From contig JAZKFH010000024.1 of the NCBI GenBank assembly GCA_040386535.1, forward strand, positions 159,147 through 221,852: a DNA stretch of 62,706 nucleotides, read 5' to 3'. The stretch is from Myxococcota bacterium (lineage in GTDB: Bacteria; Myxococcota_A; UBA796; SXON01). This document shows positions 36,992-46,101 of the stretch, piece after piece (within the stretch, counting starts at the first letter, position 1; every line of letters begins with the position of its first letter). The notes under the pieces are model-generated. The model was not told the origin of the DNA. It did not search any database and saw nothing but the letters and a program-made list of their open reading frames with translations. Made by a program: the position numbers and the translations under genes.

Positions 36992-39427
36992 TCACGTCAG
37001 GGCCGGCTCCCGCGTGAGCCGGTCGATGGTCTCGCACAGCTCCTCGACCGTGTTGGGCTTGTAGATGACCTCCTGGACGCCCACCCGCAGGGCGCGTTCG
37101 CGCAGGTCCTCGGTGATGTACCCCGAGGCCATCGCCACGGGCAGGTCAGGCCGGATCGCGCGCACCTGGGCCGCCACGTGGAGCCCCGAGGCGCCCGGCA
37201 TGTTGAAGTCGGTCACCACGAGGTCGTAGGCGGCGGGGTTGGCCCGGATCGCGGCCAAGGCGTCCTCGGGCCGGGTGAACCCGCTCACGAGGTAGCCCGA
37301 CCGCTCGAGGATCCGGGTGACGAGGTACACGAGGGTCTCCTCGTCGTCGAGGTAGAGCACGTGCCGCCCGCGGCCCCGCGCGGGCGTCGCGGGCACCGGG
37401 GGGGGCGCCGCCTCTTCCACCGCGGCGGCCGGCAGGTAGATGGCGAACGTGGTGCCGCGGCCGGGGCTGCTCGTGACCGTGACCGCGCCGCCGTGGCTGA
37501 GCACGATTCCGTGCACGACCGAGAGCCCGAGGCCGGTGCCCTGTCCGAGTGGCTTGGTCGTGAAGAAGGGCTCGAAGATCCGCTCCAGCGTGGAGATCTC
37601 CATGCCCATCCCCGAGTCCCGCACCGTGAGCCGCACGTAGGGCCCCGGGTGCAGGCCTGGATGTTTGCGTGCCAGCTCGGCATCCACCTCGACAGGTGCC
37701 ACCTGGATCTCGACGCGCCCCGGCTTGCCATTCAGGGCGTGCCACGCGTTGGTCCCGAGGTTGAGCAGCGCCTGGTGCACCTGGGTCTCGTCGACCCACA
37801 CACGCGGCACATCGTCGCCGCAGCGCACCACCAACTCCACGCTCGCCGGGACGGCCGCGCGGAGCATGGCGGCCACCTCCTCCACCACCGGCCGGAGCTC
37901 GATGAAGCGGCGCTCCGGCGGCTGCTGACGGCTGAAGGCGAGGATGTGCTGCACCAGGTCGCGGGCCCGGCGGGCGGCCCGCGCGATCTCATCGAGGCTC
38001 GGGCGCGCCGGGTGATCCGGGGCGGTGTCCGCGCGCGCCAGCGCCACGTTGCCCAGGATCGCCGCCAGGATGTTGTTGAAGTCGTGGGCCACACCGCCCG
38101 CGAGCTGGCCGATGGCCTCCATCTTCTGGGCCTGCCGGAAGCGCGCCTCCAGCTGATGGCGATCGGCCTCGGCGCGCTTCTGCTCCGTCATGTCCAGGAC
38201 GAGACAGATGAAGACGCCGGGCGTGCTGTCCAACGTGGCCATGACGACGAGCACCGGCACCCGGCGCCCACTCCGGTGGACGAACTCCTTCTCGAACGGA
38301 ACACACACGCCGGAACGCTCGAGCTCCTCGAACGCGCGCCGCGTTTTCTCGCCGCCCTCCGGCGGCGTCAGGTCGCCCCACCGCAAGGTGCCCGCGCGCA
38401 CCTCGTCCTGGGTGCGTCCGACCATGCCCAGGAACCGCTCGTTGGCCTCGACGATCTCCCCGTCGACCTGGGCGATCAGCACACCGATGATGTTGGACTC
38501 CACCAGCCGTCGGTAGCGTCGTTGGGAGGCGCGCAGCTCTTCCTCCGTGCGCCGCCGCTCCGTGAGGTCCCGCGCGATGCCGAGGAGCCCGAGCGTGCGG
38601 CCCCTTTCGCGCAACGGGGCGGCGTGCAGCTCCAGGCAGCGGCGTGTGCCGGCCAGCCCCACGATCGCGAGGTCGACCGTGACCACCTCGCCCGCGGCCA
38701 CCCGCGTCTCCATCGCCACGTACGCGTCGCGGTCCTCGGGCGACACGAACTCCCGCAGCGGGCGCCCGCGGACCTCGTCGAGCGTGGACGCCCCCAATAG
38801 GGCGAGGCCCGCCGGGTTCACGTCGACGAGGCGCCCCTCGGGGGAGAGGATGCTCACGCAGTCGGGGTCCGTGGCGATGATGAGGCGCAGCCGGGCATCG
38901 GACTCCAGACTGGGCGCCAGCGCGTCCTGGGCCGCGACCCGTCGACGGAGATCCAGCTGCGCGACCGCCTGCCGGCCCAGTGCGGCGAGCGCCTTGACCT
39001 GCTCGTCGGTCAGCCCCCGAGGCTCGTAGTCGATGACCGCCAGGGTGCCGACCGCGAACCCTTCAGCGTCGATGAGAGGCACCCCCGCGTAGAAGCGGAT
39101 GTGCGGCGGGCCCGTCACCAGCGGGTTGTCGGCGAAGCGCGCGTCCCGCCACGTGTCGGGCACGACCATCACCTCGGTCCCGAGGATGCTGTGGGCGCAG
39201 AACGCGAGATCGCGGTGGGTCTCCTGCGCCGCGATTCCGAGGCGTGACTTGAACCATTGCCGCTTCTCGTCCACCAGGGTCACCACCGCGGTGGGGGTCG
39301 CGCAGATGTGCGCCGCCAACCACGTCAGATCGTCGAACGCCGGTTCGGGCAGCGTATCGAGGATGTGGTACGACGAGAGCGCGAGGAGGCGCTCGAGTTC
39401 GTTGCTGGCGAGGGGTGCGCTCATCAT
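36992..39427 (-). CDS. Hybrid sensor histidine kinase GAF-PAS-PAS-HisKA-HATPase-REC
   Basis: GAF (RQWFKS, FCAH, IRFYAG), two PAS, AHDFNN, FEPFFTTK, GTGLGL, receiver TDFNMP. Confidence 0.95.
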   Translation of the reverse strand: MMSAPLASNELERLLALSSYHILDTLPEPAFDDLTWLAAHICATPTAVVTLVDEKRQWFKSRLGIAAQETHRDLAFCAHSILGTEVMVVPDTWRDARFADNPLVTGPPHIRFYAGVPLIDAEGFAVGTLAVIDYEPRGLTDEQVKALAALGRQAVAQLDLRRRVAAQDALAPSLESDARLRLIIATDPDCVSILSPEGRLVDVNPAGLALLGASTLDEVRGRPLREFVSPEDRDAYVAMETRVAAGEVVTVDLAIVGLAGTRRCLELHAAPLRERGRTLGLLGIARDLTERRRTEEELRASQRRYRRLVESNIIGVLIAQVDGEIVEANERFLGMVGRTQDEVRAGTLRWGDLTPPEGGEKTRRAFEELERSGVCVPFEKEFVHRSGRRVPVLVVMATLDSTPGVFICLVLDMTEQKRAEADRHQLEARFRQAQKMEAIGQLAGGVAHDFNNILAAILGNVALARADTAPDHPARPSLDEIARAARRARDLVQHILAFSRQQPPERRFIELRPVVEEVAAMLRAAVPASVELVVRCGDDVPRVWVDETQVHQALLNLGTNAWHALNGKPGRVEIQVAPVEVDAELARKHPGLHPGPYVRLTVRDSGMGMEISTLERIFEPFFTTKPLGQGTGLGLSVVHGIVLSHGGAVTVTSSPGRGTTFAIYLPAAAVEEAAPPPVPATPARGRGRHVLYLDDEETLVYLVTRILERSGYLVSGFTRPEDALAAIRANPAAYDLVVTDFNMPGASGLHVAAQVRAIRPDLPVAMASGYITEDLRERALRVGVQEVIYKPNTVEELCETIDRLTREPALT

Positions 39428-39487
39428 GATCGGATCGCCCAATCTAGGGCGAACCCACGCGCTCGCAATCGCGGCCCCCGCGGGCGG

Positions 39488-42040
39488 CTATCCGTCGCTG
39501 CGGCGCCACACCGCTACGAACGCGCCGGTGGCGAACAACCCAGAGAAGCCGACGAGCGCGGCGCAGAGCGCCCACAGCGGCAGGCCCATGTCGGCCGCGT
39601 CCGCGCCCTTCAGGCCGAGCTCGTAGAGCGGGCCGGTCATGCTCTGGACATCCCACTGGCCGGGCACGCGGGAGGCCTTGGCCAGCTTCTTCCCCACCTT
39701 CAAGGTGGCGTCGAACGCGTAGCGCTGCGGATCGATCCAGGTGAACAGGCGCGCCCCGGGCCGCATGTCCCGCAGGCCCACCAGCAGCGACGAGAACGTG
39801 ATCTGGGGGATGAGGAGCAGCGGGAGGGTACCGACGGCGGCCTCGGACGACGAGAACAGGCCCGAGACGAACAGACCGAGCGTCATGCCGGTCACGCCGG
39901 TGAGCGACGCGACGCCCATGAGCGCGAAGGGGTTGAACCCGAACTCGCCCAACCCGAACATCCCCCAGGCGAGCGCGGCCAGGAAGCAGCATTGCACCAC
40001 GGACACGACGCCGAGGACGACCAACTTGCTCCCGACGTACGCGCGCACGTGGACGCCCACGCGGCGCTCCCGGCGCCACACCACGCGGTCGCTGATGAGC
40101 TCGCGGACCGACACGCTCATACCGAACCACAGGCACGAGAGCGAGAGCATGAACAACATGGACGAGGTGGGCTCGGGGAACACCACGGCCATCACCAGCG
40201 CGAGGAACGGGGGCTGGGCGGCGAGCACCCAGAGGCCCGTGCGGTCGCGGAGCTTCGTCCGCCCGTAGCGCTCGACGAGCGTGCGGAGCTGGGCCCAGGT
40301 CGAGAGGCGTTCGGAGGCCTCGGCCACCCCCTCGTCCTCCTCCTTCGGGCGCAACCCGAGCTCGAGGAGCGCCTCGCGCGTGCGCACCCAGGTGCGGTAC
40401 TCGCGGCTCTCGCGGTAGGCGAGCCCCCACTGCGCCGGGGCCTTCTCCTGGAAGCGGTTGAAGATCGCGTCGGGCGTCGGCACGGCGAAGTATTGGCAGG
40501 CGAGATCGGGCGGGCCGAACCACGCCACGCGCCCGCCGGGTGCGAGCACGAGCAGGTGGTCCACCTGCGCCATGACCTGGGGAGAGAGGTCGTGTGTGAC
40601 GAGGAACACGATGCGGCCGCGATCCGCGAGCTGGCGTACGAGCCGGACGATGTCCTGCGCGGCGCGGGGATCGAGTCCGGACGTCGGCTCGTCGAGGAAC
40701 AACACCCGCGTGGACCGGGTCAGGAGCTCCTGCCCGAGGTTCACGCGCTTGCGTTGCCCGCCGGAGATGCCGCGCTGCACGGCGTCGCCGATGCGCGAGC
40801 CCCGGATGTGGGGGATGCCGAGCTCGTCGAGCACCCGGTCGACCTCGGCGTCGATCGTGCTGTCGGGGGTGTCGCGCGAGAAGCGGAGCCGACCCGAGAA
40901 GAACAGGCTCTCCTCGACGGTGAGCTCGGGCAGGACGATGTCGTCCTGGGGCACCACGCCCACGCGGGAGCGGTCGAGCGCGAGCAGGGCGTGGAAGTCC
41001 TCCCCGTCGAACAACACCGCCCCGCTGTCCGCGCGGGTCACCCCGGCGATCGCGTTGAGCAGCGTGGTCTTGCCCGCCCCGGAGGGCCCCACCATCGCGA
41101 TCACCTCGCCGGAGAACACGGTGAAGCTCACGTCGTCGAGGAGCGACACGTCGCCGATCTGGCGGGTCAGGCGGCGCGCGGAGAGGGCCGTGAACACGCG
41201 CTCGCTGCGGGTGGTCACCACGCCCGCGGCGGCGTCGACCCGCAGCACGTAGGGGCCGATGCGGAGCTCGTCGTTCGGCCCCACCGGCGCCGACGAGACG
41301 GGGCGGCCGTCGAGCACCGTGGGGCGGCCGCTCTCGCCGTCGACGATGCGCCACACGCCGTCGGAGAGCACGAGGTCGGCGTGCCGCAGGGCCACCTGGG
41401 GGTCGAGCAGCACGATGTCCGCGCCGGGCGAGCGCCCGATGCGCATCCGTTCGCCGACCAGCGGCCACGCGCGGGTCTCGCGGTCGGCCTTCGACCCGCT
41501 GCGCTCCCGCCGGTGCAGGAGGGCGGTGAGCAGGACGGGGTCGACCCCGAGCTCCTCCGCCGCGTTCTCCACGCGGCGCGCCACGAGCGGGGTGATCGCG
41601 CCCTCCGGTGCGAGGACGATCAGCAGCGCGTCGACGAAGCGCAGGGCCTCTTCGGGCCCATAGGACGCGGCGAACCCGCGCAGGTCGAGGGAGGCGGCGT
41701 CCTGTTGCAGGAGCAGCCGGCCCGCGAGGGCGCCGAAGCGGCCGACGAACGCGTCGACCTCGTGCCGGTCGACCACGCCGCGGAACTCGGGGGCGGCGGC
41801 GAGCGCCACGAGCTCGGCGGCCTCGTTCGGATGCAGCCCCGTGCGCAGGCACACGGCCGCGCACACGGCGGGCACGACACCCGCGACCTCCTCACCGCTC
41901 GGGGCGGCGACGCGGAGGAGCAGGCGCACGAGATCGGCCGACCGGCGCACCATGTCGGGCGCGAGGTCGACACCGCGCGCCCGGAGCACCTCCTGGTAGC
42001 GCGACGCGAGCTGGCGCCAGGAAGGATCGACCGCCGCCAC
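39488..42040 (-). CDS. TerB-like + FHA + ABC ATPase + ABC-2 permease fusion (Rv1747-like architecture)
   Basis: FHA (IGRSP..D..VALRHA), GPSGAGKTT, VPQDD, ISGGQRKR, FLDEPTSGLD, C-terminal TM bundle; GTG start abuts the upstream stop. Confidence 0.92.
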   Translation of the reverse strand: MAAVDPSWRQLASRYQEVLRARGVDLAPDMVRRSADLVRLLLRVAAPSGEEVAGVVPAVCAAVCLRTGLHPNEAAELVALAAAPEFRGVVDRHEVDAFVGRFGALAGRLLLQQDAASLDLRGFAASYGPEEALRFVDALLIVLAPEGAITPLVARRVENAAEELGVDPVLLTALLHRRERSGSKADRETRAWPLVGERMRIGRSPGADIVLLDPQVALRHADLVLSDGVWRIVDGESGRPTVLDGRPVSSAPVGPNDELRIGPYVLRVDAAAGVVTTRSERVFTALSARRLTRQIGDVSLLDDVSFTVFSGEVIAMVGPSGAGKTTLLNAIAGVTRADSGAVLFDGEDFHALLALDRSRVGVVPQDDIVLPELTVEESLFFSGRLRFSRDTPDSTIDAEVDRVLDELGIPHIRGSRIGDAVQRGISGGQRKRVNLGQELLTRSTRVLFLDEPTSGLDPRAAQDIVRLVRQLADRGRIVFLVTHDLSPQVMAQVDHLLVLAPGGRVAWFGPPDLACQYFAVPTPDAIFNRFQEKAPAQWGLAYRESREYRTWVRTREALLELGLRPKEEDEGVAEASERLSTWAQLRTLVERYGRTKLRDRTGLWVLAAQPPFLALVMAVVFPEPTSSMLFMLSLSCLWFGMSVSVRELISDRVVWRRERRVGVHVRAYVGSKLVVLGVVSVVQCCFLAALAWGMFGLGEFGFNPFALMGVASLTGVTGMTLGLFVSGLFSSSEAAVGTLPLLLIPQITFSSLLVGLRDMRPGARLFTWIDPQRYAFDATLKVGKKLAKASRVPGQWDVQSMTGPLYELGLKGADAADMGLPLWALCAALVGFSGLFATGAFVAVWRRSDG

Positions 42041-42457
42041 CTACTTGTAGGTGACCGCCGTGGACACCCCGGCCTTCTTCGCGGCGTCATTCAGCCGAGA
42101 GGCGTGCACCGCCAGGTAGAAGGTGTCGGTGACCGTCGGGATGTAGTTGAGCTTCGGCTCGCGGTCGTTCGACGTGTCGGTCAGGAGCACGTTGCCCGTG
42201 GCATCGTAGAGCACGAGATCGAGGTTCGCGCCGTTCTCGTCCCCACACGCGAGGAAGCGGTACTCGTTGCCCGCGTACAGCGTGATCAGGTACACGCGGT
42301 GCTCGCCGACGCCGAGGGTCGTGTTGGTCTGGCTGCGGACCTGGAAGCCGGTGGTGTAGCCCTCCCAGATCTTGGTGCGGAGGCAGGTCTCGGCGTACTC
42401 TTCGTCCGCCATGGCGGGGGCGGCGGCGAGCAGCGCGACAGAGAGAAGTGACAGCAT
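42041..42457 (-). CDS. Small secreted protein, PPC-like beta-sandwich
   Basis: SD AGGAG, signal peptide ending AMA, two Cys, L.AG.EYRF.AC...LDLVLYD..G pattern. Confidence 0.8.
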   Translation of the reverse strand: MLSLLSVALLAAAPAMADEEYAETCLRTKIWEGYTTGFQVRSQTNTTLGVGEHRVYLITLYAGNEYRFLACGDENGANLDLVLYDATGNVLLTDTSNDREPKLNYIPTVTDTFYLAVHASRLNDAAKKAGVSTAVTYK

Positions 42458-42466
42458 GAATGCTCC

Positions 42467-43327
42467 TTAGAGCAGCGTGAGGACGGAGTCGGTCTGGCGC
42501 TTGATCTCGGTCACGTCCTCGGTCGTGAGCGCGGGCTTGGACGCGAGCTCCTGGAGCTTCTTCAGCGTGGACTCGAGCTGGCCGAGCACCTCGGCCGGGG
42601 CCTTGTCGGCGCCCTCGACCTGCACGTACTTGAGGAAGTACCCGGCCACCTGCGGCTGGCGCAGGAGCGAGTTGGCGGCCTCGATCTTCTGGGAGGTGAG
42701 GATGGCGTCGGACACGAGGTTCGACCCCTCGAGCCAGCTACCGGCCTGGATGAGCGGCACGACGCGCTCGCCCGCCTCGTACTTGATCTCGGGGATCATG
42801 ACGCCGTGCAGCTCGTCGAGCTCCTTGAGCAGCTCGTCGCGAGAGGCCACGTCGTTCATGATCTTGTTGTTCAGCTCGTCGATCGTGGCGGCCACGTCGG
42901 GACCGGCGCCGAGCGCGGTCATGCCGAGCTTCACCTTCTCCAGGCGAGCGACGAGCTTCTCCTTGGGGGCGTCCTTGACGGTGAGCAAGGCGTCCGCGAG
43001 CAGCACGCCGGTGCGCACCGCCACGATGTCCTTGTTCTCCACGTCCATCTTGAACTCGCGCTCCTTCACCAGCGCGGAGAGGCCCCCGGCGATGCCGGCC
43101 TTCTCGAGCGCCTTCTGCATCTCGGCGGGCGAGGGCACGAGAGCGATGTTCTCCGCCTGCGCCTGGAGCTCGGCCACCGCGATGGCGGGGGGCGGCACGG
43201 TCGGCGTGGTGTCGGGGGCGCCCCCTTGCGTCGCGGGCTGCCCCGCGGCGCCCTTGTCCTTCTCGGGAGCCGTCTCGCCTCCACAACCGAGGAGGGACAG
43301 GGCAAGGATCAAGGTCGTGGAAGTCAT
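42467..43327 (-). CDS. Uncharacterised helical lipoprotein
   Basis: SD AGGAG, LSLLGC lipobox, PSPAEM, TGVLLAD, GSWLEG. Confidence 0.85.
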   Translation of the reverse strand: MTSTTLILALSLLGCGGETAPEKDKGAAGQPATQGGAPDTTPTVPPPAIAVAELQAQAENIALVPSPAEMQKALEKAGIAGGLSALVKEREFKMDVENKDIVAVRTGVLLADALLTVKDAPKEKLVARLEKVKLGMTALGAGPDVAATIDELNNKIMNDVASRDELLKELDELHGVMIPEIKYEAGERVVPLIQAGSWLEGSNLVSDAILTSQKIEAANSLLRQPQVAGYFLKYVQVEGADKAPAEVLGQLESTLKKLQELASKPALTTEDVTEIKRQTDSVLTLL

Positions 43328-43374
43328 GCAGGAACTCCTGAGCGGCGCCACGGCGGCGCCCGGCTGGGCCGCCC

Positions 43375-43403
43375 AGGGTACGCTAGTGCAGCACGTTTGA
43401 CAA
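43375..43403 (-). promoter_or_regulatory. Sigma70-type promoter TTGTCA-N17-TACCCT for the lipoprotein/ABC operon
   Basis: The minus strand reads TTGTCA aacgtgctgcactagcg TACCCT, 47 nt upstream of ATG 43327. Confidence 0.7.
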
Positions 43404-43429
43404 GGCGGGCCCGGATGCGAGCCGCCGCG

Positions 43430-44830
43430 TCACCGGGCCACGCCCACCAGGCCCGCCGTCGCGACCTCGTACACCTTCGACTCCGCGAACCCCGTGCCGT
43501 CGAGCAGGCGAATCAGGGCGTTGGGGCGCAGGCGGACGAGTGGCCAGGACAACACGTGGCGGAAGACCGGGTCGTCCGTGGACGGGAGGAGCCCGTTCAC
43601 GACGAGGGTTCCACCGGGGGCGAGCAGGCCACGGGCCCAGCGGAAGAGCGCCGCCGCGAGCCGCTCGGGCAGGTACTCGAGCAGCCCGTCCAGGACCACG
43701 ATGTGCTGCGGCGTGTGGCGGATCGAGGAGCGGCCGAGGCAGACCCCCACCAGGTCGTCCTGGACGAGCCGGAGGCGAAGGTCGCGGGCGCGGTGGGCAC
43801 TTGCTGCCTCGACCGCCGCGAGCGCGGCACGGTTCCCGTCGACACAGGTGATCTCGCTCGGCATCCGCCCGCCGAGCTGCGCGAGGAGCGACGGCACGAT
43901 CCCCCCGGTGGTGTTGACCACGAGGACACGGAGGGGCGGGTTGGCGGGGAGGGCCTCGAGGATCGTCTGGAGCGACAGGGCGCGGCGCTCACGGAAGCCG
44001 CGGGAGGTGGGCAGCGCGAGCAGCCAGGCGTCGAGCATCTCGCCGAGCGGGCCGTCACCCTCGGGCTTGTTGGCGAGGAGGTGGGCCATGGCGCCGGGAA
44101 CCCCGACGGTGCCGACCTCTCCCCGGTCGAGCGCGAGCTCGCCGACGTGGGAGCGCATGACGTAGGGGTGCAGCTCGGCGGTCACGACGTCGCCGGCGAT
44201 CCGGCCGTCCTCGTCGGACATGCGCGCCAGGGCCTCGCCCAGCGCCGCGCCGAAGTTGCGGAAGGCGGCGCCGAGCTCACGATCCGCGGTCAGGCGGTCG
44301 CGGCGGATGAGCGGCTCGAGCTCCATCAGGCGCGCCCGGAGCGCGTCCGCGAGGGCCTTTCCGTCGGCGGCGGCGACCTCGTTCGTCGGGCCGCGCGGGA
44401 TGCCGCTCCCGCCGATCGCGCCGGCGACCGCCGAGGACATGACCGCCCGGTTCCGTTCGACCAGCATCCCGGCGAGGACCCGGTAGAATTCCGAGGCGAG
44501 CTGCGCTTCCTGCTCGAGGAGACGCACCAACGCCGCCCGCTCCCACCGCTGGCAGATCGCGGCTTCGGGCGCGCGCACGTCGGCGCTCCGCACGCTGTCC
44601 TCGAGGAACGACATCTCGCCGACCACCCCGCCGCGCCCGATGACGTCGAGCACGATGACGGGTTGGGTGCGCGTGTCGATGACCTCGAGCTCGCCCTCGG
44701 CGACCCGGAACAGGTCACCGCCGCGCTCCCCTCGGCGCAGCAGGAGCTCGCCCCGCGCCAGCCGTACGGTGGTCGCGACGCCGGACAGGCGGTCGCGGTG
44801 ACGTTCGGAGAAGCGGTCGAGGAAGTCCAT
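43430..44830 (-). CDS. Cyclic-nucleotide-binding domain fused to a degenerate class I methyltransferase-like (PhcB-like) domain
   Basis: cNMP domain (GELLLRRGE, GEMSFL...RSADVRA); C-terminal GLLEYLP...LAPGGTLVV. Confidence 0.82.
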   Translation of the reverse strand: MDFLDRFSERHRDRLSGVATTVRLARGELLLRRGERGGDLFRVAEGELEVIDTRTQPVIVLDVIGRGGVVGEMSFLEDSVRSADVRAPEAAICQRWERAALVRLLEQEAQLASEFYRVLAGMLVERNRAVMSSAVAGAIGGSGIPRGPTNEVAAADGKALADALRARLMELEPLIRRDRLTADRELGAAFRNFGAALGEALARMSDEDGRIAGDVVTAELHPYVMRSHVGELALDRGEVGTVGVPGAMAHLLANKPEGDGPLGEMLDAWLLALPTSRGFRERRALSLQTILEALPANPPLRVLVVNTTGGIVPSLLAQLGGRMPSEITCVDGNRAALAAVEAASAHRARDLRLRLVQDDLVGVCLGRSSIRHTPQHIVVLDGLLEYLPERLAAALFRWARGLLAPGGTLVVNGLLPSTDDPVFRHVLSWPLVRLRPNALIRLLDGTGFAESKVYEVATAGLVGVAR

Positions 44831-44951
44831 GCCGCGCGCAGCCTAGCACACCGCTTGGCCCGGTACCGCGTGGCGGGCACGTCGCGTTGGGGCCGCACGA
44901 GGCTGCCGGGAGTCCGGCGCACCGGTTAAGAGCAGCGATACCGGAGAGTTC

Positions 44952-45524
44952 ATGGAAGAGGTTGACAAGCTCGTCGCCGCGCTGCGATCGGCGTCCTACA
45001 AGGAGCGGGAGCCCATCAAGGCCCAGCTGATCGCGCTCGCGCAGGGGCCCAACGGCCGCGCCGTGCGCGACCACCTCGACACCACGCGCCGCGGCGATCT
45101 GCTCGAAGTGCAGTGGGAGCTCGAAGAGGTGCTCGACGCCACCGCGCCCCCGAAGGCCGAGGAGCCCAAGAAGGCCGTCGAGGCCCCGCCGCCCGCCGAG
45201 CCGGCCGAGGACGCCAACCGTCCCCTCACCGCGAAGGACCTCGTGGTCGTCTACGACGACCCGCGCGGCCTCATGCTCCACAAGGCCAAGGTGGGCGACC
45301 GTTGGTTCGCCACCCAGTTCGACCCGAAGAGTGGCCAGCCGCAGACCTTCGAGCTGCACCCCACCGAGATCGCCCAGCTCAAGACCCAGCTCGCCGGCAG
45401 CCCGTACTGGGTGATCGGCGCGCCCGGTGCGCCGGTCGTCGCGGGCGCGGGCGCAGGCCCCGTCAAGGCCGCGGGCCCCGGCCCGTTGATGAAGGGCATG
45501 CCCGGCAAGCCGGGCGGCCGGTAG
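44952..45524 (+). CDS. Hypothetical protein
   Basis: SD GGAGAG; two ordered domains joined by a Pro/Glu linker; strong GC3 bias. Confidence 0.8.
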   Translation: MEEVDKLVAALRSASYKEREPIKAQLIALAQGPNGRAVRDHLDTTRRGDLLEVQWELEEVLDATAPPKAEEPKKAVEAPPPAEPAEDANRPLTAKDLVVVYDDPRGLMLHKAKVGDRWFATQFDPKSGQPQTFELHPTEIAQLKTQLAGSPYWVIGAPGAPVVAGAGAGPVKAAGPGPLMKGMPGKPGGR

Positions 45525-45527
45525 TCC

Positions 45528-46016
45528 ATGCGCGAGGGCCCGGACGATCCGCGCGCCGCCTATGTCGCGGCCGCCCGTGCCCGCGCCGACGCGTTGTACG
45601 CGGGTGTCCTCACGCCCCACCGCTCCTGCGGCATCGCGCTCGCCGAGACCTTCGGGCTCCCCTCCGGCAGCTACCAGGCCCTCCGCAAGGGCGGCCTCAC
45701 CGGAGAGGGCCCCTGCGGCGCCATCGCCGCGGGCTTGCTCGTCCTCGGCGAGCTCCTGGGAGACCCCTCCCCGACCGGCCCCCCGACCGACGCGCTCAAG
45801 GTGGGCGCGGCGCGGTACCGGTCCGCCATCGCCGCGAAGATCGACCTGGGCGTCGACACTGCATGCAACGCCCGCACCGCGCGGTTCGCGGCGTTCGTGA
45901 GCCCCGAGCGCCTCGGCTACTGCACGACCCTCGCGGCGATCGTCGCGGAGACGGTGGCCGAGGTGGCGTGGGACGCGGGCGCGGCGCGCGCGATTCCGCC
46001 GGCGCCGTGGGGGTAG
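45528..46016 (+). CDS. C-GCAxxG-C-C family putative redox protein
   Basis: SCG...GG...CGAIAAG...C...C pattern. Confidence 0.8.
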   Translation: MREGPDDPRAAYVAAARARADALYAGVLTPHRSCGIALAETFGLPSGSYQALRKGGLTGEGPCGAIAAGLLVLGELLGDPSPTGPPTDALKVGAARYRSAIAAKIDLGVDTACNARTARFAAFVSPERLGYCTTLAAIVAETVAEVAWDAGAARAIPPAPWG

Positions 46017-46101
46017 GCGCGGCGCCCTGCCGCTACCCCCGTGCCTCGGCGGCTGAGAGCCGGACCATCGCGTCCGACATGCACGGGATAGCCTCCGCCG
46101 C

